Assembly: GCA_047967505.1 (NCBI GenBank)
Contig: CM106538.1
DNA length: 64,000 nt
Reading direction: 5' to 3' (one strand)
DNA from: Dipteris shenzhenensis
Lineage: Eukaryota
The position numbers and the translations under genes were made by a program. Below, piece by piece: positions 1-13,839 of this stretch. The notes beneath the pieces are model-generated. The model was not told where the DNA came from. It was given only the letters and a program-made list of their open reading frames with translations, and searched no databases. The stretch's first letter is position 1, and the number at the start of each line of letters is the position of its first letter.

Positions 1-3000
1 AGCTAACCTCAAGGCACCAAATACGTACTGGTGCCACAGGTGGTCTGACTTAAGTATCACCACCATCAGCTCAGGAACTCCGCAAGAACCAAATTCCACC
101 CCACTAAGAGTTACACAAGAACCTCCCCCTGGGGCTGATACTCAAGGATAATGGTGCCGCCCTACTCACACAAGTAGGGGCCAGCCCCATAGGTAGACTC
201 ACGAAAGCTTGCATCTCCAAGGAAGTCCAACCCCACAACAACAATGGAGTCCAACACAAAGGTGCCCCTGGCATCCAAGGTAAAGAACAAGCTGACACAT
301 ACTCTACATGGCTCCTTACTTACTATGTTGCAGTACGGTGCCCGCCTCCACCACATTCATCATAATCATCGCATCTAAGTCTAGGTGAGTTAGTACAGTA
401 GGCATCTCACCCGATGCACCCATAGCCCACTAGTCCCTGCCGAACACACCGCACGCGTACATAGTTAGCACCAGTGATTAGAGTCTGTTCTTGCATTTTT
501 ACAAGTGTTCATGTTCTTGCATGCTGACCTCACTATCACATTGCACCACACAAGTGCACTCCGCTCAGTCCACTTTTTCCCCCACCCCACTCCTCCTTCC
601 CTTTCTTTCCCCTATTTTTACACATTCAAAGCCCACCGGCTGTTGCCAAAATGTTCACCACCGATCGTCGCCATCATAGTTGGCACCCACCGTTGCCAAA
701 AAGTACAGCACTGGATGTCACGATCACAATACCCCATCGTGTCGTCGCCATCACAAATCACACCGACCGTCACCATTCGAGTACCACGCTAATCGTGGCC
801 TAGGACACTCCACGCCGACCATCGCCATCGAGGTTCATCACCCACCATCACCACCATCAAAGTCAGCACTGATCATTGCCATCAAAGTCAGCACCGACCG
901 TCATCATCAAAGTCAGCACTGACCGTCACCATACCAATATCCCATTGGTCGAGGGGATATAATTCTATAAAAGTAGGCCTACCCCACTGGGTCATCCCCA
1001 TAGCTGTTGCCCCAGAACTCTGTCAAAATTTATCTAGAAATCTGACAATTTCTTGGTCCCTTCCACCACATCCCAACCATCAAATTTATGTCCCCCTGTT
1101 CTTCCTCATCCACTGATTCCCTTATCATGCAACAGCCACTCCTGTTTGCGAACATGACTTCTTCGAGTTTGAAGCTAACCTAGGTCTCCACCCTCGCCCT
1201 ATCCTAGAGGCCACTGGCCCATCAAATTCTCATAGCACTCCTGCCATAATTTGAATGCCAATTGAAATACCTGTGGAGGACTTACAAGACAAAGAAACCT
1301 CCACCAGACATGCTCCTCAAGAAGAGCCAGCTACAACAGTCACGCCCCTCATGAGAACATGAAAGCGTACCTCGGTGCCAATTGCAGGCAAGTACAAGAT
1401 CGTGCGTTCACAAGCGCACTCGCCATTGGGAGAAGCATGGCTCCAAGAGCTAGATGCTTGTGTGATTCACTCATGCTTTGCTTACGAGGGTCACGACTAC
1501 ACCACTACTACCACACAATAGTAGCATATGCTACCCTCTAGGACCTGACAGTTGTGGATAGGCTTGGGAAGAGTAGCAGCCCGTCTCCCATGCCACCTGG
1601 ACATGACTTTGCTGGCAGAGTTTCTCAAGAAGTATGACAGCAACACCAATATTGGTATTATATGTGACGCAGTCGGATCCCCACCACTACTAGATCAATC
1701 AAGACACGGTGCAGGCAGCATTCAACCTACCAGTGGTGGCAAAGAAATACTCCAAGTAGAAAAAGAAGCTCGACTCCCTAAAGACGGTCTATCACTACGA
1801 CTGCCACAAGTGCAGAGGCCGCATCGAGTTCACTGCCATCCACAAGCCCAAGGTAGAGCGAGCCTTGCAGTGGCTCACCCAAGTGAAGCAGGTGGACCAT
1901 CATCAATCCATGGTGCCCAATATCTTGCTGAGAATGGTGAAATTCCAGGAGATGAACTGGGTTGACTACTACTGCACCCAAATGAGAGATGAACTCAACA
2001 CCCACGGGGACATCATCGACAATCCTATGTTGTACATGCCGGTCCTCTATTACTTGAAAAGTCAACATCCGCCAGTCAGCTTTAGCCTCGTCGAGAAATC
2101 TGCCACCAATCCTATACAAACCGACTAGGAAGAGACAGAAACAAGGCCCAAGAGAGTGAGGACAATGCCAAGTGCCACTTTGGTAACTCAGGTGCAACGG
2201 AAAACAAGTCAACCGCTTAACCAATATGAGGATCACCAATTGCACGAATTCATGCAACGATAACTACACCTATAGCGGGCAGGTCCTCAAGATAAGGGCA
2301 AATAGGTGTAAGGAGGGCCTATTCTCATTGAAGACTTCCAAGGTGATGACACCATTGAAATCGGTCTCCATCTAAGAGCCGAAACTACGCCGACCACCCC
2401 TGCTGCACCCTTCGTCTCAGTCTCCACCATGCCTCAAGAGATAGCATCCTTCACCACTGGCACCTCTTTCATGCCATGGGCAGGCCTAGAGGAGGCCTTA
2501 CAATTTTGCAATGCACCCCAACATAGGGCATCGGTTGGCTATAGCTAGATGACGGCCGAGCAGTTGTCACATGTGAACATGATGGAGCTGCATCTCTTTG
2601 AAGCCATGGCACCACTGTCCCAAGTCGCCCACGCAATATTACAAAGGACGCAAGAGCAAGCCTCACAACTCTCCTCTGATCTCATCCAAGCCTAGCTCTT
2701 TGCGCATGACAGCCAGTCGACTATGGTCGCAGCGCAAGCGGTAGGCCATGTCGCAATACATCGAGCCGAAGAATATTAGGCTAAGGTGGAAGAGCTCGAG
2801 CTCACTTTGATGAAAGTCAAAGATGACCTCACCACTAGTGAATCCCTGGTCTAGATGCTCATGGACCAGGTGGACATGGCAGAATTAGCCATGCGCACGA
2901 CACTGGAGCAGCAAGCATAGGTAGAGCAGCGGTACACCCGCACATAGGAGTCCCACGATCAACAGATTTGCTCCTTATAGGATCTCCTGGCACATGAGAG

Positions 3001-4943
3001 GAACCTCACGGTCTTTCTCCAAGAAGAAATCGAAAGACAGCACACTATTGGCCCAATCTAAGGAGTCAGGGTTGGAAGACCGTGAGCAGCAGGAGTTCAG
3101 GATGTACAAGGATGTGTCTGCACAATTACCCACACACTCTTGCACCATGCACAATCGCCCAAACCCTACAAATGCACTTCAATGCACTTTGTGCACAAAA
3201 CCTTACCTTCCACCTCAATCTCACTACTCCACTTCCTCCTAATGCCCTCCAAACCATTCTCTGCCATCGTAATCCCGACCACTGCCGCCCCATCTTAGCC
3301 ATGTCATATTTCTCTCTTGACCTTCAGCCCACTTCTCTATCTCTTCTCTGCCCCTTCGATCTCTAAACCCTATCCACCCATCCCATTCTTCTTAATTTTC
3401 AAGCCTAGTGCCATGTCATCAGTGAGTCCCTTAATTATCCTCTGCGAAGGATGAAGTGATGCAACTCACAACTCACGCCATGGGTCTGCACTCTAGCAAG
3501 TTTGCATGCAAAGATAAATTGGATGCAGACCTACGGCCAAGCCTCGGCAGTCCAAGCTCAAGGACACCTTGCGGCCTACCAGTCCACCACCTACCAACCC
3601 CTCAAAATAGTAATCCTCTATAATAGGGTGCTACAAGCTCTCCAAGATTCACTTGAGTCCTTGGTGAGCAATTTTGAAACAATTCACATAGCATACCTCG
3701 AGGAAATAAACGAGGATGAGGGAAAAATGCAGTTGCCCTCTTTAATACCACTACTCCCTGTAGATATTCCATTACTGCCTTCCCTAGATCCTGCCCAACC
3801 CACCCAACAAGCTGTCCAACCTCCTCTCCCTCGGACAACACTGCTCAAGTACTCATCTAATGCCTCCAACACCACCACCGCATAGCACGGACCCTCCTAG
3901 TCCATCTCCTCCAATGCTCCGGTCGACCTCCTCATAAAGCCTTCAACACGCTGCTCAAAACAACACATTTCATACAAAGCACCGACACTGCGACCCTTGC
4001 AGGCCCCACAGAACCAGAGCCCATACCGCTTGCAGATGATGAAGCTCCGCCATCCCCCCTAGTTTCTCCCCCTGAAGATGTTCATTGGTGCGTGGACTTG
4101 TAGTCCTTTTAGGAGCTCCCAGATAGTGCACTATTGTACCATTGGAAGCACCAACTAGAGGGTTCCCACCTCCACCTCCACGAAATTTTGGAGGTGTGCC
4201 CCCTCACTCAATTCATAGCGCAGTCATTCGATGATTGGCACTGCATGCATCCCAAGTGCATGAAAGGAGGATCCAACCTCGCCTCCGATGCCCTTGTCCC
4301 CACGACCGATGTAGATGTTGGTCTATAGCCAAATTGGCAGCTCCCATTTTTGAAGCTGGAGAAATTTTGGCACCACTACCGCAGTGCAGCCATCAATCAT
4401 CGAATCCACCCACCCTACGTGCCCATGGAGCAATGTTGGACTTGGCTCGCCTTTTGAGTTCTCTAGCAACAGGACCCCAATGTGTTGTATAATTTTCCTA
4501 AGTACAACTTTCCAAAAGAAATGACGGAGGGTTTTTGCTTCCGCCTCTAGTCATTCACAACAACGCATACCGCTCAGCAGTGCCAGATCCAACTGTCATT
4601 GCTGCCATCCATTTCAACCACATCATCCTCTTACTCCTCCACGATCTTCCGGCCCACAATCGCCCCATCGACACCGCATTCACAATCTAACCAACCAGAT
4701 CATCTTCAACCTTGACATCGGTCCAACTCAATTCTAGGACCTCTGCGTCCGCAATCTCCATGGCCTTCACCTCTGCACTTACAAGGATATGCATGCTACC
4801 CATGTTTGGAAGTACCACTCGTACCTCACTCGCCTCACGTCAAGGCAGTTGGATCGCTATGCCATCCTGCAGTCACAGTCCTCACCACCAACCTCCTCCA
4901 GCACGGCTGAACCGAGGATGGATCAACAAGAGGAAAGGGGGCA
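1..4943 (+). mobile_element. Probable 3' internal region of a decayed Gypsy (Athila/Tat-like) LTR retrotransposon with several degenerate extra ORFs
   Basis: Broken plus-strand reading frames (about 1350-3080 ending in a coiled-coil-like stretch, 3412-3885, 3910-4330, 4530-4900) end at a purine tract AAGAGGAAAGGGGGCA followed by TG at 4944. No pol motif recognised, so the assignment rests on context. Confidence 0.4.
854..928. repeat. 25-bp tandem repeat, 3 copies
   Basis: CCATCAAAGTCAGCACYGAYCRT.. units at 854, 879 and 904, within a longer CCATC/CCGACC-rich tract. Confidence 0.85.
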
Positions 4944-6059
4944 TGTTAACATTCACAGAGTACAGCCACCAAATGCAAGGTAATCAATGAGTAAATGTGA
5001 CCAAGCCGAATGATCTACTTTACTAGGACAAGCTCAAGGGAGTTTGATACCCAAATACACCAAGGTCAATGATTACAAGCAATGTGCACATGGAAGGAGT
5101 ATAGCTCAAGCTCAGGGAGTTTGATCCCCAAATACCCACAGTCCACTCCAGGTGCATACTAGGAACAAGGAGATGCACACTTCTGGGCCACGAGGAGTGC
5201 ATGCGCCTTGCACTCTTTAGCTCCACATCCATAGGAAATAGTGACACCAACGAAAATAGCCATGAAAGGAGTACAGCTCATACTCAGGGAATTCATCCCC
5301 CAAATATTCTGAAGCAAAAGCTTCCAAGAAATGTGTAGGGTTGTCGTGGGGTGTCTTATGGAAGTTAAGCCTCATCATCCAGGTTTTGAGCCTAGTCTAT
5401 GGGGTTCAAACCCCAAATAGGTGAAGGTGTGAGGGCACTCAAAGAGTTTGATCCCCAAATCACCTAAGCCTAGGAGTGGCGAGGCTAACACAAGTGCTAT
5501 TTGGGAACCGGTTAGGACTACCTCCTAATACCAGATTTGTCCCAAGCGCTTTAATATGGTTAACACAAGTGCTATTTCCGCTAGTAGGGAGAGTCGGTAA
5601 GAATAGCAATATGCCTTGGCACCCTACGGGCCCAAGAGCCCATGGTTGTAAAGTGAGGGAGAGTGCTAAAAAGAAAAAGGGTTGGCCCTCCCTTCAAAAG
5701 GTGACATGTATAAAAGGCCAAAAATGCAAGCTCCCTCTTCTCTTCCAAGAGAGTGTTTTGAGTGTTCTCTTGTTTCCATTGTAGTGCCTTTGTGGTTGTC
5801 ACTCTATCCCCCTTCACTCCCTCTCCTTCTTCCCTTCCTCCTCCGTCCTTCTCCCCTCCTTCTCCCTCTCCCCTCCCTTCTTCCTCTTCCCTCTTCCTCG
5901 TGTGAAACCACATTGCAACAATCCGTAGGCTGCTTGAGTGACACTTGTGGATGGCTCGTGCTATGCATTGCTCCCACAAGGAGTAGCTAGGAGTGGAGGC
6001 TCCCTCAGCATATCTTCAACTACCCCACAACACATGAGTCACCATTGAGACCCACTACA
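4944..6059 (+). repeat. Candidate Gypsy LTR (5' boundary either 4944 or 5334)
   Basis: Ends CCACTACA at 6059, directly before a PBS. Candidate starts are TGTTAAC at 4944 (after a PPT-like tract) or TGTAG at 5334 (inverted match to CTACA). Contains a TATA-like GTATAAAAGG near 5708 and a CT-rich tract. No partner LTR in the window. Confidence 0.55.
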
Positions 6060-6063
6060 TTTT

Positions 6064-6081
6064 TGGCACTGCTGTCGGGGA
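6064..6081 (+). promoter_or_regulatory. Primer-binding site, Athila-type (tRNA-Asp-like)
   Basis: TGGCACTGCTGTCGGGGA lies 4 nt after an LTR-like CA end and resembles the Athila PBS TGGCGCCGTTGCCGGGGA. Confidence 0.7.
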
Positions 6082-7022
6082 TAAAAGGTATGCTTTTGCA
6101 TTTGTTTCAACAAAATAATTAATGCTTTTCCAAGTCAAAGTGTCATTCTTATTTCAACTAGTTGTATTGGGATAAATCAACTTATACAACCAAAATATTT
6201 AGAAGCTTTTAAGGAAGCTAGGTCAAAACCTTAACATATAATAAATATTTTCATAAACATAAGAACCAATGTCACTCTTTGCTTTTTTCAAAAAATTATT
6301 TGCTTTTCATGAGGAGCAAAAAGAATGTCCACATGATTTATGCAACTCCATCATTTAATCTGATTCCATGCTCTCTCAGATAGATTGATGCTTGATTTTT
6401 GCAACTCCCCCTTGAGGGTTTGGTTTTAATAAGACTTATAATCCAATAAAAACATCCATCCATTCTTAGATCTATTGCCTTGCTTTCCTATCCCAAGATA
6501 ATACCTCTCTGGAGTAAAATGGAAAACAAGCAACATTTATTACAAGAAAATTTTATTAGGGAGAAATCAAAAGGGATACAAAAAGAGAAGAGTAGCCTCC
6601 TACTGACTCAGGTAGGCTAGCCACCACTAAAAAGCACTATGTCTACCTATAAGTACTATTAACAATAGCTATATGAGATTGGAATACTAGTAGGCTCTTT
6701 TTAACAAAGGAACTTAGTATTAGGCAAATAGTCTCTAAAACCTCACCAAAGAGAGATGTGACACCATGTGTCTTCTTAAAGTAGTTTGTTGTAATATCTC
6801 CAAATATATTAAAGGATAAAATAACGTACTAGCTACCATAGCTCCAAAAGGGACTCATTTAATCAATACTTGTCACCTAGGATAGTTTATTCCATGAAAA
6901 TTGAGTGAAAATAGAAGCATACACTACCTCAGTTCAGCTCATTTTTTATGCTTTTTTGACAAAAAATATACTCACTTTTTTTCAAAATTTGATATACGTT
7001 TAAAAAAATGTCCATATTAGCG

Positions 7023-7327
7023 TCGATAAGGAAGTGTCGATAAGGAAGCATAAAAAATAACATTGTTATTGAAGTTGAAATTTTTCTTGATATGCAGACT
7101 TTCAATGCTAGCAGAGCAATGTTTATATCAACGCTCTTATCGACAGTTACTGAGCCCTATTTTGATGCTTTTTTCAATGGTGATATCGACTCTGGGGTAC
7201 AAGTTTTGAGGACAATACCGACTCTAATATCGACGTAATTAAAAATCTCGAAGCCTTATCAACCGTTTATTTTGACAAAAAAATTTAGGGTAGATTAGGG
7301 CTGGCCAAGCCCTCCCTAATCTACCCT
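7023..7327. repeat. Cluster of short direct and inverted GTCGATAAG motifs plus a perfect 14-bp hairpin; possible DNA-transposon subterminal region
   Basis: GTCGATAAGG at 7023 and 7037; CTTATCGAC/ATATCGAC-like copies at about 7136, 7182, 7227 and 7255; AGGGTAGATTAGGG (7287-7300) pairs with CCCTAATCTACCCT (7314-7327). Confidence 0.5.
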
Positions 7328-8615
7328 CTAATAAAGGTATGTATTACACTATAATGGCCATTGTATTGTATTGTCCTATTTCATCATATGAGGTAAAATA
7401 TTGACACTATATAATGTTCTATACTATCTCCGTATGTCCGTCATCATCAACAAGTAGATTTGTAGAATGTACTAACTGGTCCTCGCTGCTCCCATCCTCA
7501 TCCTCATCCTCTCCACTCCCACTAGTGCCCTCTCCACTATCGTCACCCCCACTGATGTCCTCTCCACATGTTGTAGCATCCTCATCTCTCAAGTATCCAT
7601 CTCCGTCATCCTATTCAACCATTCAACACACGATTTGCATGGTTAGAGTATATGTCTTTGAGAGCATTTCTAAAAAAATAAATGTAATAAGGGATTACAT
7701 TGAGGAGCAGTATGAATACTCCTCTTTCTGCAAGTAGGTTCATTAGAGCTTTCGTGTTGTTGTCGTATGCATATCTGTACTCCTCATCCATACATTTCCC
7801 GCCCATTTTCATAAACTAAAATCATAAGAATACATATTAGCGACTTCAGCACTTGGGCCATTTTATTCATCACATCCAATGGTTGTCAAACTCAAGGTCC
7901 TCAGATGGCATGAGGAACTCTGCCTTTTATGTATTAAGAATATAATCCTTTTCCTTTTGTTGGTGCTTACAAAAATCCATCACCACCCTCTTGAATTCAA
8001 GGGATACAAGCTCATGCATTTAGTTTATATCCCGAGTATCTCTCGAATCCAAGATTATTTCATACTCCCTATTAACCTCATATGGGAGGGTGGTGGAAGT
8101 TTGGGAGTCAGCTTGACTCCCCCCAATGCCACTGCTTGTACCAATGCTTGATTGTCTACATCGATGATGGATCTCTCTCTCCCTAGGTCCACCTTCAGCG
8201 GTGCTTTAGGAGATCTCTACACAGGTCAGTGGACCTGATACTCACTATCTCTTCTCATCCCACTCCCACATGAGTCTTTTCCTAGTATTGGGACTTGGGT
8301 TCGCGAGAAATTTGTGAGCCTTCTCTGTACTACTATCGGAGGTAGTACTATCGGAGAAGGGTTGCTTCTTACCACTTAATCCTCCTCTCAACATCCTCCA
8401 CAAAACAAAATGGGAGGGTTTATTTAAAATTTTTAAAAGATTTTATTTAAACTTTAGAATGCATTCTAGTTAAACATGCATATGTGCTTAAAGGGAAGAA
8501 GCATATCCTTAAAGCTTTGAAGCATATGCATAAACCTTTAAAGGATATGCTTCACACTGGGCATAAAGCTTCAAGGGAGGAAATATAAGAAAATAGAAAG
8601 GGAGGAAACAGAAGA

Positions 8616-8891
8616 AAATAGAGGCCAAGCATGAAAAAGTTTTCATCATCACTTGTTTCACTTGATATTCTTGATGGACTCACTTCCTACCATGCTATCT
8701 TAATCGAGAATGTCTTCTGTATTTCTCTCTTTATACACATTGTGTTGATGGAATGGTTGGTGCTCGAGCACTTGGCAAATGAAGATTAAGATAATCTGTC
8801 GATTAAGATAGCAAGGGAGGAAACGAGTCCAATTAAGAATATCAAGAGAAACGAGTGAAGATGCAAACTTTCTCATGCTTGGCCTCTGTTT
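8616..8891. repeat. Imperfect inverted repeat (~90-bp arms, ~90-bp loop)
   Basis: 8621-8707 is the reverse complement of 8799-8886 with about 10 mismatches and 1 indel. Confidence 0.9.
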
Positions 8892-8939
8892 GCAAGGGAG
8901 GGATATGCTTATTTCCAGGGAAGGGAAAGGGAAGCATGT

Positions 8940-10349
8940 TTTTGGGAAGGGGCGAGGATGGATGGTGGAGCTAGTGTGAATGTCCTATCTAAGGAACTCT
9001 CTGACGAATGGGGTCTCGCACCAATGCAAAAGGCTAATTTCAACATACGCCTTGCAGATGATTCATGTGCAAAGCCCTTGGGTGTCAACAAAAGTCAAAG
9101 GAGTCCGCTTTTCTCTTCAATTCACAATCTTAGATCTCCCCAAGAAATCCTAGTAAATCTTGCTTGGACGTCCTTGGTTGCATGAAGCATCAGTCCTCCA
9201 TGATTGGGGAAATGACTCATAACTGATAGACTGACAATCCAAAATCCCAACACTGTAGTAGGAGTCAATTTGGGGATAGGAGCAATAAAACCAATTGTGC
9301 CTAAAGCGTTGGATGAAACTCTTCAACGATGATCTCAAGCAAATCATACCCCCTACAACACCAATAATTGGATCCAAGCATTGGGACCATTGGGAATTAC
9401 CATTCACAAGGATCCCATCTTCTCACAAATTGATGCTAAGGTCATATAGGTCAATCCTCCACTCACACGTGAAGGACCAATTGATCTAGAGGTGCCATTC
9501 TTTATGGTTGACCTTGACTGGAATGGTGAACCTGAACAAGTTTCCATGATAATAAGGACTCAGATTTTCCTTAAGACCTTGATACAGAGGCTGAAAATGC
9601 TCAATTTGAAGATCATGTCTTTGACAATGACTTAGCCATTCTCCATGCCCTAATGGCAGTCGAACTTCCCAAAGTTGAATAATAGTAGAAGATCTAGCAA
9701 GAAAGATGATGGAGGAAATCGCCGTAAAGCCAAGGCTGAACACTTCAATGAGTTCAAACGAGTCCAAACTAGGATCATCGACTTGTATCTTACCAAGCTA
9801 GCTCCCCCAAAATTTGAGCCACCTCCTCTTGAATGGTCCCCTGATGGACTTGAAGAAGTATGCACATTAAATGAACCCTTACTTGGGAATACTTTGCTAG
9901 TGGAAAAGCTACCCCACCATTCCCAATGTAAGAAGTTTTGAAAGTTTAAGCCACATGTGCGGATGAGACTTTAGAAAAAGAAAGTCCACAAGAACCAAAA
10001 ATTGGTTAATGATACTATGCCACCCAATACCCATAGCACATGTCAGGCTAGTTTAACACCATCAAAGGCTGATCTTCGAGAAGTGCCAGAGTACTTCAAG
10101 AACTACACAAGTGGTAGTGTCCCCATAGTAATGCCAAGGCTAGTAAGAGAATATGACATGCAAGAAATTGATAATAATGGAGAGACTCTAATCTATGAGG
10201 GACTCTGGCCAAAACTCACACAACAAACCTCGCCCTTGAAGGGGAAGAAGAAAAATTGGCATTCATGGGGAAACAACTTACATAAGAAGATGAAACAAAG
10301 CTCAAAGCACTCCTAATGGAATACCAAGACTACCTCGCATGGTCATACA
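8940..10349 (+). pseudogene. Gypsy pol remnant: aspartic protease and pre-RT linker
   Basis: DGGASVNVL...NIRLADDSCAKPLG is a retroviral-type protease signature. It ends in LLMEYQDYLAWSY, the segment that normally precedes Gypsy RT. Many stops and frameshifts; RT is absent. Confidence 0.75.
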
Positions 10350-10660
10350 ATTTAGGGTATGACACCTTATGGAGCATTCACTGGACACAAGCCACACATT
10401 GGTCATCTCTACATATTTGGTTGCATAGCATATGCCCACATACATGACAATCATCACAGAATATTGGATGCAAAGTCACGCAAATGCATCATGGTTGGCT
10501 ATAGTGAAAAAAGCAAAGCATACAAGTTGTATGATCCGATCAACCACAAGGTCATCATCTCCATAGATGTAATCTTTGATGAGGAATCCAAATGGAAAAC
10601 CTCAATGCATAGGAGATAGACACACTGATTACTCGGTCACCTGTAGAACAGGTTGATGAA
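10350..10660 (+). repeat. 311-bp direct repeat, copy 1 (copy 2 at 13496-13806), made of Copia integrase C-terminal coding sequence
   Basis: Both copies run ATTTAGGGTATGACACC...GTTGATGAA and give near-identical 86-aa ORFs (10359-10619 and 13505-13765). Confidence 0.92.
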
Positions 10661-11332
10661 AAAAGAGCAAGAATTGCTAGAGACATCCCAAGAAGGGCAA
10701 AAACAGCTCAGACAATCAAGACATTAAAAGAAGCATGGGATATGTTCCCAAGAAAGCTCAACACAGTCAAGACATTAAAAGAAGAATGGGACATGTTCGC
10801 AGCTCTTTATGAATCCAAGAACACTTCCAAGATTCTCACACTGAGAAACCAAATCAACCAGAGTTTCCATAGTAGCAGTGAAATCAATCATGCTTACGTA
10901 CTCAGTATCAAGGATTACAACAATCAACTCGCAGTAGTAGAAGAGACCATGAATCCCATAGAAATGGTTCAAGTCACATTGAATGGACTAGGAGAGGGAT
11001 ATGAGAATCTAGTCGAGAGTATTGCCATTCAATGGAAAACAACACTAAAAGAGCTCCAGTCAGTTTTACTTGGTGAAGAACTCAACTGACTCAAGCCATT
11101 CACATACGCAAGGGTCATTCCAATTATCAAGCATTCACACCTTCAAATAGAAGCAGAGGTAGTGGCAAAGGCAAAGGCAGAGGTAGATCATTTTAGCAAA
11201 GTGGTCATCATCAACAAAAAAGTCAACATCAAAGTCAAAATCAGAATCAACATCATCCTCAACAACATCAGCATCAGCAAAGAGGAAATCATTCCAATCG
11301 AGGAAGATTCCAAGGACGAGGGAATGCATCCA

Positions 11333-12198
<866 letters not shown>

Positions 12199-13808
12199 GT
12201 GCCAAACATTCAGTGCAACTACTGTCATAAGTTTGGACACTATGAAAGAGATTGCCACAAGTAGTACGACCAAGGCAGTCAATCCAACAGCAATCGAGGG
12301 AATTTCTGAGGAAGAGAAAATCATTGCAGTGGACATTCAAGTCACAATCATTATGCCAATGAACCTAAGAACATGTTTCTTGCAAGTGAGGATATATAGA
12401 AGACTAAAACAGTGTATCTTGACATTGATTGCAATTCAAAAGGGGAATGCAGTTATCAAGTCAATCAACCAGATCAAGAACCTTGGTACATTGATGATAG
12501 CGGTGCATCATCTCACATGACAAAACATCAGGAATGGTTCACAGAGACACAGATGAAATTATTAGGACATAAGAATGTAATCTACACGGTAGATAATACA
12601 CCAAATCTAACTCAAGGGAAAGGCATTGTCCCTTTGAGCAATTTCACTGGTATGAAAGAATTGGTGAAAGACGTACTCTATGTTTCGAAGCTCAATAAGA
12701 ACCTCTTGTCAGTTGGTCAAATGACAGAACACAACTATCGAGTCATATTTGATGGAGATGAATGCACTATTAGAGACAAATTCAAAGGATATCAACAGCC
12801 AATAGGAAAAGCAATCAAGGAAGGACACTTATTTAGAATGCTAGCTTTAGTACTAGATTTGCATGGCATGTTAGCTTAACTGCAATAGATGCCACTTTTT
12901 GCAAAATGGCACAAGAGATATGGATACATCAATTTCAAAAGCTTGATAGAGCTCAAAAATTAGAATATGGCAATTGGAATTCCTAAGCTTCAATTTCTTG
13001 GAAACGTTTGTGAAGCATGCTGCTTTAGTAAACAAAAGCAAACCAATTTTGATAGAATCACCTCTCGAGCACGAGGTATTCTTAGTTTGATTCACACACA
13101 TGTATGGGGTTATGTGCCCAAACTCGTAGCATCAATGGTTCACTTTACTACTTGACTTTCATCATGACTACAATAGATATAGTTGGGTCTACTTTCTGAA
13201 AGAGAAATCTGACATGGTAGAAGACCAAACAAGTAGAAAGATCAAAGTTATTAGATTAGACAAAGGAGGTGAATACATGCCTTCAATATTCATGAACTTT
13301 TGCAGAAGTAATGGCATACAAAGACAATTCAGTTGTGTAGATACTCATCAGTAGAATGCAAGAGCTGAAAGGAAGAATGATACTTTAGCGAAGAGTGCTA
13401 GCACAATGCTCAGTGAGAAGTATCTTCCGAATCAATATTGGATAAAAGCAATTGCTACTGCAAGCTACTTACACAATTAGCTTCCAACCAAACCGATTTA
13501 GGGTATGACACCTTATGGAGCATTCACTGGACACAAGCCATGCATTGGGCATCTCTCCATATTTGGTTGCATAACATATGCCCACATACATGACGATCAT
13601 CACAAAAAATTGGATGCAAAGTCACGCAAATGCATCATGGTTGGCTACAATGAAGAAAGCAAAGCATACAAGTTGTATGATCCCATTAACCGCAAGGTCA
13701 TCATCTCCAAAGATGTAATCTTTGATGAGGAATCCAAATGGAAAACCTCAATGCATAGGACATAGACACACCGATTACTCAGTCACCTATAGAACAAGTT
13801 GATGAAGA

Positions 13809-13839
<31 letters not shown>

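Noticed and set aside
5030-5460. CRISPR-like repeat-spacer appearance
   Set aside because: Repeats are degenerate, spacing is irregular, there are no cas genes and the context is eukaryotic LTR sequence.
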